Shown here piece after piece: positions 27,124-50,433 of a stretch of DNA of 64,000 nt. The notes under the pieces were generated by a model. It was not told where the DNA came from. It saw only the letters and a program-made list of their open reading frames with translations, and searched no databases. Source of the stretch: Piromyces finnis finn (lineage: Eukaryota > Fungi > Neocallimastigomycota); contig MCFH01000005.1 of the NCBI GenBank assembly GCA_002104945.1, positions 1,308,138 to 1,372,137 of the forward strand, given 5' to 3'. The position numbers were made by a program, and so were the translations under genes. Numbering within the stretch: position 1 is the first letter of the stretch; each line of letters opens with the position of its first letter.

Positions 27124-28071
27124 TTTAAAATAATTTAATTTATATAAATATTATAAATATTATAAATATTATTTTATAAATATTAAATAAATGTCTATAT
27201 GTCAATATTAATATATTTAACATTAACAATTTTTAACCTTTTTAACTATATTTACTTTTTTATTATTTTTATTTTTTTACTATTTATTAATTAATATAAA
27301 TTTATGTAATTAATTATATAGAACTGCTAGAAATCAAAAAATTGATTATATTCAATCAAAAATTTCAAAACTTGAGAATCTTAATGTTTTGTAAGGATAA
27401 AATTAAATGAATAATAATTAATATATTATTTATTAATAATAATTATCATTAAAATAATTATATATATTGATTTATAAATTGATTTGTAAATTGACATTTT
27501 ATATTATATATTGTTATTTTATATTATATATTTTAATGTTTATATATCTCAATATGTTATTTATATTATATATAAATATAACTTGTTTTTATAATTTATT
27601 ATATAATATAATTACAAATTTAAAGAGATTTAAGTGGAAATAAAATAGATTCACTTCCAAAAGCTCTTAACAATATGGCAAGCCTTAGAAGTGTGTAAGT
27701 AATTGTAATTATGTTAATTTGCTAATTGAATTAATTATTAATAGTTTGTTGATATTGATTTTAAATGTTTTATTTTACATTATTTTTATATTAATTTTCA
27801 TTATTATTAAAAATAAATGTTATTTATTATAAATATAAAATATATATATATATATTTCTAATGTTTTAATAAATATCAATAATTTAAATATTAATTTAAT
27901 GAATAAAGTGATTTCAGTAATAATCCAAAGATGACAGGAAAAACTTTGACTAATGAGAATCTTGTAGTTTGTCAATATGATGCTTCATCTTCAATTTGTA
28001 AAGCTAAAGAAATGCCATGCTTCAATGAAGATGACAATATAAAACTTTGTAAAAATCAAAAGAAAAATTGA
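23079..28071 (+). CDS. Secreted leucine-rich-repeat protein, array copy 2 (22 exons)
   Basis: Same exon structure as copy 1. Essentially identical to it over 23061-25892, diverged thereafter; ends LCKNQKKN-TGA at 28071. Confidence 0.88.
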
Positions 28072-29376
28072 GGAAAAATTATTAATAACAAGAAAAAAAA
28101 TATATTTTTAATTTAAATAGTAATTTAAATTAAAATTTAATTAATTATAAAACTATTCATGATTCATGTTTTTAGTGTATTTTTTATTATTAAATTTATA
28201 TCATTTTTTAAAGGTTTCGTAACCAAAAAAGATGTTTTAAATTTAAATATAATAAAAGTATTCACTAACATTAACATTCTTTACTAGCATTAATATTCTT
28301 TATTAATATTAATATATATAAAAATATTTTTATATTATACATTATATATATTATATCTTTTATATCATAAAACAAGTTATATAATATAAAATGATATATG
28401 ACTTATTATTATTAATATTATTAATATTTTTTACTTTTAATATATAAATATTTTATTTTATAAATTAATAATATTATAATTATCAATATTTCTTTTATCA
28501 ATATCAAAAAAAAAAAAAAATAATTATTTAATAATTAAATAGTAATGATATACATAACCTATATTTGATATTAAAAAATATTTTTTATAATATGTTAATA
28601 TTTTAGCATAAATAAATAACTTTTTTAATATTATAATATGTTCATTATTTATAAATTGAAATTATATTAACTTTTTTTTTTTTTTCAAACTATTACTATT
28701 ATAATGAAAATTTAATTTTATATATAAAATCAATTTCATAGATGAAATGAGCTTAAAGTAAAATGAAAAATTATTTTATATGTTAATTGTTGAATTATAA
28801 CACAAAAACTTTAAAATTATATATGCAGATAATGCCATTGTAAACATAATAATAAAACAAATAATAAGTATAAAGAAAGAATATTTTCGATATTAGAAAC
28901 CAAAAATAATCTTTTTTTTTAAAACTTATTATAATATTTATATCAATAGATGAAATTCTTTAAAATTTTTGATTTATAAATCATAAATATATAGAATGTT
29001 CTATTTTTTTAATTAAACTATTATTTTCTTCATTATTTATTAAACTTTTAATTATATAGATTGGAATAATATTTGATATAAAATAAAGTTTAAACATTAT
29101 TTAATTTTAATTTATTTATTATTAAAAACTATAATCAAATCAAATCTTTATAATTTCAGTACAATATTAATTATTAATTTTATTGCCACATCTCAAAATT
29201 ATAAAAAATGATAATAATAAAAGAATAATAATATTATGTTGTTTCCATTAAATTAAATCTTATTTAATATTAATTTTTCTTATAAATTAAATATTATTGT
29301 AATTAAATAAGAATTTTAAATAAAAAATAAAATTAAAAAATTTAAAATAATGAAGAAGAATATTGAATATAAAAAC

Positions 29377-31110
29377 ATGAATATTAAGTTTTTACTAAAA
29401 AAACCTTTGGATTAGGATTATTAATAGCTTCTGCTCAAAAGGCAAAAACATTAGATTGTAAAGAAATAGAAAGCACTTTTTCAGGATTTGAAATAGAAGA
29501 ATGTGTTGAAAATGAAAACAATGAAATTATTAAATTGAATTAAACTTATGAAGGTTTGTTCTAAATAATTTTCATTACATTTATCAAATAATAGTAAAAC
29601 AACCTGTGTTCTTACTGCAAAAGTAATTGAAAATAAAAGTAAAATGGATAAACTGGAAGACTTGTATGTTTTACTCTAATATGTAATTTATTAAAAAAAA
29701 ATATATTCAAATAGAAATATTTATCATAATAGTTACAGGAACATCTTTCGGAAGTCTTGAAAATCTTAAAATATTGTAATTTTTATTTAAATATATTAGT
29801 TTTTTATTTATTGTTGATAATAGAAATAATGAAATATTTTATTATTTAAATATTAATATTTGTTAACATACTTTTATTTCCATTATATATAATATAGTTC
29901 AATGGATTGTTATAGCCTAAGCATATTACGGAAGTGAGATTAAAGAAAATTCATTTAAAATGAAAAACTTGGAGAAATTGTAATACTTTATTTAATACTT
30001 TATTTTTATTAAAGTTCAATATTAAATATTATTATTAATATATTTTATTATTATATATATGTTTTTTTAAATTAACCAGATATTTATATGGATGCGATGT
30101 TAAAGGAGAAGATTCATTAGTTAACTTAACTAATCTTAAAGAGTTGTAAATACATAATAAATATATAAATATAACATTTAATTATATTTCTGTATATATT
30201 TTTAATTAATAATTTGAAAATCAAAATTAAATCCTTAAATATAGAAATATCTATAAGCGAAACCTTACCTAATTTATTATATATTAATAGTTATTGTAAA
30301 TATTTATGAAACATAATTAAATAGTTTTAGTAAATAAAATTTTTTTAAATGAAGTTATTACAAATAACTATATTAATATGATATTATTGAAAATGAAAAA
30401 GAAATAGATATATTCTTAATCATTATTCTATTTCAAAAAATAAAATATAAATTACTTATGAAGGATTAAATAATTTAAAAAAAATGTAAGAAGATTTAAT
30501 TATCAATATTAACATTATATAAAAAAATGTTTAAAAATAATTATAATTTACTAAAATAAAATTTTAAAGTAGAACAATCTTTAATTTCTATATTAGTAAA
30601 GAACATATTGAAGATATTCCTACTTTAGAAAGTATTAAAGAATTATAATTACTAATTATAAAAATATTAAAAATGAAATTAAAAAGCATAACATTTTATA
30701 TTATTATTCACGCAACATAATCATTTAAATGTTACAATATATATATATATATATCTAATGAATTGGAATTAAAGAATGCGATTTGATTTTATTGAAATAT
30801 CTTAAAAATACTCTTAAATTTTTTGTAGTAAAAAAACTTATTTCAATATTTTTTAATTTCTATAATATATTATTTAGAGTTTTTTAATTGTATAGGTTTA
30901 TTAAGAATTCAATAAAGATTATAAGGATATGGTAATATTACCATTGAATACAACTTATTATTATTATTGCTATTTGATATTTTATAAAATATTTTGTTAT
31001 TGATATATTTATTATAAAATTTTAAAGAATATATATCTAAAACTTTTTTTTGAATATTTGAAAATAGAATATTCTATTCTTTTTACAGAAATGTTTCAAA
31101 ATCATAGTAA
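29377..31110 (+). pseudogene. LRR array copy 3, frameshifted and 3'-truncated pseudogene
   Basis: ATGAATATTAAGTTTTTACTAAAAAAACCTTTGGATTAG has a +2 nt shift relative to copy 1, giving a stop at codon 13. The first donor is lost (TT|gaat). Remnants of exons 2-9 are recognisable to ~30830; the right boundary is approximate. Confidence 0.8.
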
Positions 31111-32404
31111 TTAAATTTTATTTATTTTTTATAACAATATTAAATATAGTTTTATTTTTTAACATATTATATTAATATAAAATGTTTAAATATTTATATA
31201 TAAATTAAAATTTTATAAGTTAATTTATAAATTTATTTTTAATTTAAGATAATATTAAAAATTTATTAAATAAAATTTAATATCTTTTTTATTATAATTA
31301 TATTTTTAAAATAAAAATAATTTTTTAATGATATTTGCTTTTTTGTGTAAGTTAAGTAATATTTAGCTTAGCCATTTTTTCATGTATCATTAAAATATAA
31401 AAGGTTTTTATTTGAAAAATGTTACTTTTTCTATTTAAATTAATTTTTAACAGTATATTTAATAACATACACTAAGACTGAAAATTTCAACATTTATATT
31501 CATTGCTAACTATCATAAAAATATTTATATATTTCATGAAGTAACAATTTAGTAAGGATTATTATAGTATGTTTATACAATAGATAAAATACTTTTTAAA
31601 TCTATTGTAAAAAAAGACTCTTTCATCGTTACCATGATCATCAACAAATTAATATACAAATTTTGGTTTATTATTATTATTTTATTATTGTTATCTTAAA
31701 GTACATTGATTGATAAGGCATAATAATATTAAAATAGAATAAAGACATCAAATTAATATATTTTATAAAAATAATTGGTAGGATTATTAATATTATTTAT
31801 GAAATTGTATCATCTATATTTAATATTAAAATAATATGAATACTTGAAGACCTTTTCATTTTCATATTTATTCTCATGTTATAAAAATTAATAAAGAAAA
31901 TTACAAAGTAAATAAAATAATAAATATATAAATATTTTAAAAGTCTAGTTTCGCTAATATTTCATTATTAAAACCTTTACATAAATGCTTATACATGTTA
32001 AATAATTATTTTTATATTTAAAATAGTGATCTATAAATGGCACCAAAATTAATAGTATTTTTTCATGTGATATAATAAAATTAATCATCATTTTTATATA
32101 ATTTAAAGTTTAAATTTTTAATTTAATATTAATTTATTTTTATTTGTATACAAATTAAAATTTTAAATCATATAATATATTAATTATTTTAAAAATATTT
32201 TTTTTTTCAATAATAATTTAAGGTAACAAGTAATAATAATAATTTTTAATTTAAAATAATTTATAATCATATAATTTCATTTATATTTTAATATTGATAA
32301 ATGAATTGTTTTAAAAAATTCTTATAATATAAAAATGCAAAAATATATGCTTTTTATAAATTTTAAATAAAAAAAAAATTAAATAATAATATTGCTTTTA
32401 AAGT

Positions 32405-38290
<5,886 letters not shown>

Positions 38291-39382
38291 AAGAAATAGT
38301 TAAAACATTCATAATTATATTATTTTAATATATTAAAAAAAAAATAGTAGTATAAAATAATCAAATTGAAAATAATATTAAAGTTTACTAAAAAAAAAAA
38401 AAAAAAAAAAGCAATATTATTCAATAATATTTTATGATTAATCTAATCGTATTATACAAAGTCATGATATAATAATTATGAATAATCATAAAATTTTATG
38501 ATAGTATAAATGTATATTCATCCATAGTTTTTTTTTTTTTTTTTTTTTTTTTATCAAAAGTATAAATGAAAAAAAAAAAAAAAAAAAAAAAGCAGGAATT
38601 ATTAAAGAATGGAATATATATTTTTTATTTTTATAAAACAAAAGAAAAGCAATCTACCTTCTACTGTAGAGATAATAGCTTTTAAAAATATTATAATTAA
38701 AAAAAAATTTAAAAAAAAAAAACATTAATTATATTATCAATAATCATTAATATCAATAATATCAATATCCCATTTATTATATATTATATATTAAATAATC
38801 ACTATCTTTATTTTAAAATATTAATATTATAGATATATTATTTATATCATTCATATTTTTTTAAAAAAAAAAAAAAAGTTATTTACTAATGTTGTATATA
38901 ACTCTTTAATAAAAAATATTTAAATAAAAATTAATACAAATGAAAAAAAAAATATATCATTTTAAATGATATCCCAAAAATAAATAACAATATAAATATA
39001 TAATAATATAAATTAAAAATAATTTAATGTATTAAAAATATTATTATTATTAATAATGACAATGAAAAAAAAAAAAAAAAAATTGTATTTTAAACTTTTA
39101 TTGAATTATTTTCCTTTTTTTTTTATTTTAATAATACAATATATATACTTTTTGTTTATTAAATATATATTATATATATTATATATTATATATATTATAT
39201 ATATTAAATTTTTAAAAATTGTTTTTAAATAGTTTAATCTATTTACTTTTTTTTTTTTTTTTTATTTTTGAATCCTATAGAATTAATTATTTAATAAAAT
39301 TCTTTCTTTTTTTTTTAATGGTGTCATCAGGTAGTGGTATTCCATTTATTATTTAGTACTATTATTTAGTATTGAAACCTTT

Positions 39383-42436
<3,054 letters not shown>

Positions 42437-45154
42437 TTAATCAATTTTTTTTAAATTTTTAAACCTGATTTTTTTTTTTTTGGCTTGCAAAAAAATTATA
42501 TATTTATTATTACTTTTTTATTATTTTTTTTTTGTTTTTTATTTTTTATTTTGTTCTTTATATTTTAAGTTTTAAATATTTATAATATCAAAAGGTTGTT
42601 GTTGTTCTTGTTTCTTTTTTTTTTTCGTCTAGCAAAAAAAAAAAAAAGTGATACCCTAACAAATATTAAACTTTTGTTTTTTTAAAAAAAAAAAAAAATT
42701 TTATTTTGGTTGAAATTTTATTTATATTTATATGAAAATGATTTTAATAATAAATAAAGTTTAAAATATTCCTATTAATTTAATTTAATTATAAAAATGC
42801 ATCATCATGAATAAAGGCATGATGAAGTGATGATGAAAGGCATTATATCATGCCATCCTGCATTTTATTTGCATTTTATGAATATTCATAATTTAGTGAT
42901 GTTTTAAATAGTTTTTATATTTTATTGATTTTTTTCTTATTAAATAGAATGATTTATTTTCATGGTTGAATTAATTCACTACTATACTAGGTAGATAATA
43001 AAAAAAAAAAAAAAACAATTATAATTATTATTATTAGTAGTAATAACACGGGATAGAATAATAACAACAAATAGTAAAAAATATAAAATATAATAATAAT
43101 AAAATATTTAAAATGTAAAAGAACAAAATGGGATAATTAACAATGAATAAAAAATTGTTTTTCAACAAGTAACAAACCTATTATTATGTAGTTTCTATTT
43201 ATGATTTAAAAAAATCTTTTATTCTGTAATTATATATTTTATATTTTATTATTATTTGGTACGCTATAATTTTATTATAATATGTTTTATTATTATTTTA
43301 TATTTATTTCTATTAAAATTCTACATTTTATTTTACACTTTGTTATTACTTTCATTACTTTTATGTTTTATTGTGTTTAGTATATGGGATTTCTCAAAAG
43401 TTTTATTTTTTTTTTATTTTTCCTTGCTCTTTGGAAAAAATAGTATAACTCATTTTTTGAATTAAAAGGAACATTCATTAATTTAAATTTTATTATCTTT
43501 TAAAGTTTTTAAACTTTATTTTTAAATTAAAAATAAATTAAATTGAATTATTCATAAAACAATTTAATAACTTTATTTAGTATTATTATGAATTAAAAAA
43601 TAAAACAATTTATTATTTTTTTAAACTATTTGTGTCATTTGTGTCACCTTTAGATAATTAAAATTTTAAACTTTATTTTATAATAATATTAAATATTGAA
43701 CCATCAATCTAATGAATGAATAAAAAGCTACTGCTACTTAAACTATGAATTATAAAATCTTATATCTATAAAAGGACGTGAATATGCCTATGGATTACTA
43801 AACAGAAAAATCTAGATATGTTTAGAATCAATATCATTCTTAAAATACACTTTTACCAATTCAAACCTTTCAAGATGTTAAAATAAAAGATAGCAGATAT
43901 ATATATCTCTTTCAATAAATTTTAAAAAAAATTTTGTACAATAAAGTATGTATACTATATTCAAGAATTCCTTTTATATCACACAAGATATATATATTAA
44001 AAAATGAAATGATAAATAGTATTTTTTTAGTATTTTTTTTATTAAATTATAATAAAAAATATATTTAAGATATTTAAAATAAAATAAAATGTATATCAAA
44101 TAATCTTTACTGATTTTTCTTTATTATTAAAAAACTAATATTTCATTTACTGTATCTTATAAGATTATTTTATTATTGATATTGATTCTATGTGATTTTA
44201 ATGCTATTGAAAATTCCTATTTTTTATTATTAAAAATTCAATGAGCCATGGTATGAAAATATACATTTAAATAATTTGAAATTTGTTATTTATTTAGTAT
44301 TAAGTTGCGTTACTAAAGATGAGAAACAATGGAATCCGTTAAATAATCAAAACAGATATTAAAATTAATTAAAAAGAAAATATTTAAAAAAATATATAGT
44401 ATAATTGAATATATATAATTATTTATAATATTCATATAAATATACACTATAATAGATGGTAAAAAAATAAAATATAATAAAATTTCTTATATACTAATAT
44501 ACCTACAGATACTAATGTCTTTTTTTTTTACATATAAAAGTTAAATATAGACCATATCTCATTAAAGTAATAAACGAATACATTTACCATTCTAATTATA
44601 ATAGAAAATTCTATAAAGATGACAAAATGCAATTTAAATTTTGTTGTTATTTTTTTGTTTTTTTTTTTTTAATTTATAATTAATAAAAAAAAATTAATAA
44701 TACTTGAATATTAAAAAGGACAAATCATTTTTTTTTAAATAATAAAAAAAAGAGGATGTGGAGAGTCAAACTTTTTAATTTTTTTTTTTTTTATATTTTA
44801 TTAATTACGAAAAGTTTACTCTTTTTAAATTTTATTAAAAGACTTTTTTTTTTTTGTAATTTGATACAATTTTTATTTTATTTTTATTATATATATATTT
44901 CATATATTTCATATATAAATACAAATTATTTATAAATACAAAGATATAATAATTTTATAAAATTATTTTATTATAACTCTATTATAAAAATTTCTTTCAA
45001 GATTTTGTTTTTTAAAATTAAGTATATCATTTTTTTTTATATTTTTGATAATTATTTCTTTATCATAATTATCTGTATTTTAAGGAATCTTTCTTTTTTT
45101 TAAAAAAAAATTATTTAAACATTATAAATAATTAATATTAAAAAAGGATTAGAT

Positions 45155-46150
45155 TTAAGCACGACCACTGTCATCCTTGATGTTTCTTAAATAGTTATCA
45201 AAGTAGGTAACACCGTTGTAAGCTGGTTCACCTTGGTAATGAATAAGATCATTAACAACAACCCATCTAGCTGGAGAATGGTTGTATTTACCAGATGGTT
45301 GGTTACGATCAAGGAAAGAAGAAAAACCAGATTTTGTGTAGAAGAAAACGTTAGAGTAACTAGAATAAGTTTTGAAGTCGAATCTAGAAACATCAACATT
45401 GTACCACTTGTTATCGACCTTGACATAATTCCAAGCAGAAACAGCAGCATCACCACCAATAAGAACTTCATTACTCTTAATACCAATAGCAATAGCAAGA
45501 TTGTAGTAAGCTCTAGAAATACCACCCCAAGAAGCATGACGAACAGCAAGAGCAACAGCAGCGTTACCTTGATCAGCATTACCAGAGAAAGTAATGTAAC
45601 TGTTAAGCTTGTTGGCAAGTTTGAATAAATCCTTCTTTCTTTCAGTTTGAGTAAGATTAACGTAATCCTTGTTAACAGTGAATCCCCATTCTTTAACTAA
45701 ATTTTCAGAAAAAGATTTAACAAAGGCTGGAACACCAGAACCCTTAATAACAACATCTGGATTAGCATTATTGAAAGCCATAGTGTTAACGGAAACCTTT
45801 GGAGTATTAATAGTAACAGTCTTTAAAGATTGGCATTCAGAAAAAGCGAAAGCACTAATAGTAATTTTTTCAATGTCACCACTAATAGTAACAGTTTGAA
45901 GTTTACTTTTAGTGAAAGCAGAGTAACCAATTTCATCAACATAGTATCTTTCACCATCAACAACAAAGTATTGTGGAATGTTGATATTAACAAGAGACTT
46001 GTCACTTAAACCAACAATAGTGGCCTTCTTGGTATTACCAGTAATCCAGAAGTAGAAAAATTCATTGGATTGATTTTTATCTGTAGCACGAGCATAAACT
46101 AAGCATAAGTTTATAAGTGCAAAAAGAATGGTAGTTCCTAAGAATTTCAT
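45155..46150 (-). CDS. Secreted protein: BspA-type LRR (LRR_5) segment plus transglutaminase-like domain with substituted catalytic residues; intronless
   Basis: Signal peptide; VDEIGYSAFTKSKLQTVTI / ITISAFAFSECQSLKTVTI / VNTMAFNN (BspA pattern IxxxAFxxCxxLxxVTI); SWGGISRAYYNLAIAIGI..VSAWNYVKVDNKWYNVDVS (TGase-like pattern CxGYA..HAWNxVxxDGxWYxVD). Confidence 0.75.
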   Translation of the reverse strand: MKFLGTTILFALINLCLVYARATDKNQSNEFFYFWITGNTKKATIVGLSDKSLVNINIPQYFVVDGERYYVDEIGYSAFTKSKLQTVTISGDIEKITISAFAFSECQSLKTVTINTPKVSVNTMAFNNANPDVVIKGSGVPAFVKSFSENLVKEWGFTVNKDYVNLTQTERKKDLFKLANKLNSYITFSGNADQGNAAVALAVRHASWGGISRAYYNLAIAIGIKSNEVLIGGDAAVSAWNYVKVDNKWYNVDVSRFDFKTYSSYSNVFFYTKSGFSSFLDRNQPSGKYNHSPARWVVVNDLIHYQGEPAYNGVTYFDNYLRNIKDDSGRA

Positions 46151-47080
46151 TTTTATTTTTATTTTTTATTTATTTTTGTTTTTTTTACTTTATTTTACAG
46201 GGTACCTAATGCTTTATATACTTTTTTTTTTTATTTTGGCACAAATAAAAGTATTTAAAAAAAAAAAAATTAATATTTAAATAATATTAACTTTAATTTA
46301 TAATTATTTTAATAATATCATTATTTTAATTTTATTATAATAATAATATAAAAATTATAATTATTATAAAAAAAAAAAAAAAGAAAAACAATAAAAATAA
46401 GAAAAACAATAAAAATAAGAAAAACAATAAATAAATAATAATAAATAGTGTAAAGAATAATATATAATTATAAATAATAATAATAATACTATCATTAGCA
46501 ATTTATTATAGAAAATTAAATCAAACATTCAAGCATAATAAATAATAATAATAATAATAAATAATATATATAATTATAAAACAAAAAGAATAAAGAATAG
46601 TAATTATAATTATAATAATAATATTATTTATTTATTTATTATTTATTTATGTATGTATTTATTTATTATTATAATTACTATTGAAATTTATATAAATAAT
46701 AATTCTTTTTATTTATCTGAAACTTTTAATTATAATTGTTTTTATGGTTGAAATCACCATCGACCTTTTTTTAATTATTAAAAAAAGTATTATTTTAAAT
46801 GATCTTTATTTTTAAAGTGATGAAATACCTTAACTTTATAGATTATATAATAATTATTTATTAAGTATTTTTTTAAAAAAAAAAATAAAAACTAAATATT
46901 AACATTTTATAATAATAATAATAATAATAATAATTAGTATTTAAAAAAAAATAAAGGTTTTTATTTACTTCAACTACAGTCATTATAAATTTGTTATTTA
47001 GTTTAAAATATTTTTTATGTATTTTTTTAATTACTGCTTAGCATATAATTATTATAATTATTACTCTAATTATTACTCTA

Positions 47081-47120
<40 letters not shown>

Positions 47121-48672
47121 TATAATAATTGATTCTATAGTTTTTTTATTATTTTTAATAGAGTATTATTTATAATTATTCTATATTCTACACACTTTTT
47201 TTATTTACATTATTATTATATTTGTGTTACCTTTTAAAAATTAATTTATTTTTTTAATTTAAAATTAATTTTAAATTATTGGTGTTTTACCCACAATTTT
47301 AATTTATTTTAATACTATTATTATTTTCCATTTTAATTATTATTTATATTAATGATAAACTAAAAAAAATATTAAAAATCACCACAATTTTTAAACTTTA
47401 TTTTATAAGATTTTTAGTTATGAAATAAAAAAAAATAGTAAATGAATACCTAAATATTTAATAGAATATTTAATAATAATAATAATATTCCATTAATAAT
47501 ATTCTATTAATAATATTCTATTAATAATAACAATACTCTATTAAATATTAATAATATTATTAATATTAATTTAGATCAAGTAAATTTTATTGATTGCCAC
47601 AAAAATTAAAATCTCATTTTTTCTATAAAGTTGAAAATCAATTCAAGTAAAAGAATAAAATATAAAACATAGAATATTGAATTATAGAATAAACACTACA
47701 CTATTAGATAAAAATATAAAATGGTCTTTTCAAATAGTATCTATTTTATGTTATAATTATTAATAATAAAATAAAGAGAATAAATGAGTAAAATAATACC
47801 AATTTTTATACATCAAAAATAAAGAATTTAAAATAAAAAAAAAAAACAGAAATTAAATGAATAGAAAAAATTAAATTATTCAAAGTTACACAAAAATAAT
47901 ATAATATTAAAAAATAAATGAATAAAGTTAATTAAATTCATTATTATTTTAATTATTAAAGTTAAATTTAATTTATTTTGTGAAACTTTCATAAAATTCG
48001 TTTTTTGAAACTTTTTATTTTGAAAAGTATTAATAAAAAAAAAGTATATAGGAATATAGAAAGAAAAAAACCTCATTAATTAAATATAAAACTTATTATA
48101 GAATTTATTATATTTAGTTTTTTTAAAAAAGAAGTAATCAGTTATTCATATTTTATAAAATTTTCATAAACTTTTTTAAATGATTGTAATTTTCTTTTCT
48201 TCATATTAAAATAATTTTTAATTTCATTTTTATTAACAAAATTAAAATGAAATTTACATATAAAGTATTTTAAAATAAAATTTAAATACATTCATCTTAA
48301 AAGTATATAATACATAAAAGTTTTTTAAAAAAAAAACATCTAATACCCTCTAAATAATGTATTATAATTTTAATTAAAGGTGTTTTTTTTTTTTTCCAAA
48401 AAAAAAAAGTTGATACAGTTATAAATTATTTTTTTTAAAAAAAAATGGAATTAAATAGGAAAAGGCTAATTCATAAAAAAATCGAATATTTAATATAAAA
48501 TTTTTAGTCCATTAGGTTATAGACATGAAATTTTAATCCTTATTTATAACATTAGAAATCTATAATAATAATTAAAAAAAACTATAATCTATAATAATTA
48601 GAATTGTTTTAAAGGAACTAGTTAATGGTTTACTTTACATTTCTTATTAATATTTATTAAAAGCTATTAATC

Positions 48673-49029
48673 CTATTTGATTTTAATATTCACATAGATA
48701 ACAAATGTACCAACAATAGGACTCCAAATAACATCAATAACACTTTGTATAAGCATTAATGTTCCTGCAGCACTGGCTGCTTTTGATGTATCCCCAGTTA
48801 AAATATAAACATCGGTATAAAAGAATAAAATGTAGGAACCTACAGTTTGAAATATAAAATTTTGTGCAAGATCACCAGCACCAAAACCTATTCTTTGAAC
48901 CCAATTTAGTTTGTAAAATCCTTTGGATTCTTGAATTTCTCCTTCCTGAATGTCAGCTTTTTCGGTTCCTCCTGGAATATCTGAAATATCTGGAATATTT
49001 ACTCTTTCCCTAACTTCTGTTATATCCAT
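48673..49029 (-). pseudogene. N-terminal fragment of a glycoside-pentoside-hexuronide (MelB-like) MFS sugar transporter
   Basis: KLNWVQRIGFGAGDLAQNFIFQTVGSYILFFYTDVY..AGTLMLIQSVIDVIWSPIVGTFV is the GPH TM1-TM2 signature. The frame then degrades to a stop and no downstream exons are visible in 46300-48670. Confidence 0.7.
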
Positions 49030-50433
49030 TTTCTTTTTAATTTATATGATATTTTATTATGAAATAAAAAAGATTTTTTTTTTTTTTAAAAAGTATACTA
49101 TTTGAAAAATTTTTTTTTTTTGTTTTTAAAATTATGCTTTATTGAAAAGTATTTTTTACAATTGAAAGGTGAAACGTTTTTTTTTTTTTAAAAAAATGAA
49201 ATTTGTAACAATATTATATAAAATTAAATTAATAAATAATTGTAGTATATATAAGTGTAATGCGATTTTTAAGCACTTCTTTATAATACTTATAAATGAA
49301 GTACTTTTATACTTTATATATATTTCTATTAATTATTATTAGTATTATTATTGTAATTTAAATAAATAAAAAAATAAATCTATTGTAAAAAAAAAAAAAA
49401 ATAAAAATCAACTGTATTTAAAAAAAAAAAATTTTTTTAATTTAAAAGTTAATTTAGGTAAATTAATAATGATTAGAAATGATTTTCATAAGGTGGAATA
49501 TTCTCCGCTCCCGATGAATAAAAAAAAATCAATTTCCTTTTTCATTTATTAGAAAATAGGAAGAATATAAAATATATAAAAAAAAAAACTTTATTTTGGT
49601 TCCGTGGGAAAATATCAACAATTTATTAATAATGGATGAATACTAATTCATAAAAATAAATTAAACCTTAATTATTTAAAAAAAAAAAAAGTTCTTTTAT
49701 TAAAAATAATACTTGAAATAAAATGCATATATATAATATAAAACATTTAAATAATATAGATATCAATAATAAATTATGAGTAATTTAAAAAGATCATTGT
49801 TGACTTGTAGCATTAAAAGTTTATTCATAGAAATGTGTTGTTAACGGATAGTTTAATGGTTGATGATGTCAAATGATAGGAAAAAAAACTCCACATTTTA
49901 CCAAAAAAAAAAAATTATTATTATTATAATAAAATAATTTTTCCACAAATGTAAACTTTTTTTTTTTTTTTAACAAAAGAATGAAAAAAGAAATTTTATT
50001 TTATTTTATTTTATAAAGTTGCAATTAGTTCATTATGACTATCATAAACATTTTATTATTCATTTATTCATTAATAACAAAGTATTAATTTTATAATAAA
50101 AAAAAATCAACATCGGAATCTAATCATTCCCTTCCATAATTCATTCCTTTCATAAAAATAAAGTTATATTAATTGTTTTGTTTAGAAATGGAAAAAGTAT
50201 CCTTTTCTTCCACTTTTTAAATGCTGATTAAATAAAAAAAAAAAAAAAGATCAAAATAATAAAAATCAAATGTTAACCAATAAATGATTTTTATAATTTA
50301 TTATATTATATTGTTCTATTTCATTAAATATATTAAATCTTTAATTTAAAACTTTAAGAATGTATTACAATAATTAATACATTGTAATAGACAAGGGCAT
50401 AAGCCATAATATAAATTTTATGTGGCACGTATG

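Noticed and set aside
42797-42860. TGATGA boxes and a short GGCATGAT/ATCATGCC inverted repeat upstream of GH9, suggesting a C/D snoRNA
   Set aside because: No suitably placed CTGA D box on either strand; the 8-bp stem could be chance.
43690-44350. Slightly GC-richer, coding-like patches
   Set aside because: Multiple stops in all frames and no recognisable motif.
46380-47530. Short AT-rich tandem repeats (18-bp x3 at ~46383, 14-bp x3 at ~47495; also 11-bp x3 at ~56333)
   Set aside because: Ordinary slippage products in low-complexity intergenic DNA.
49503-49508. SYGGRG (CreA/Mig1-type) matches upstream of the sugar-transporter fragment (also ~49889) and at ~44758
   Set aside because: 6-bp degenerate motif with no evidence of function in this lineage; cannot be supported from sequence alone.
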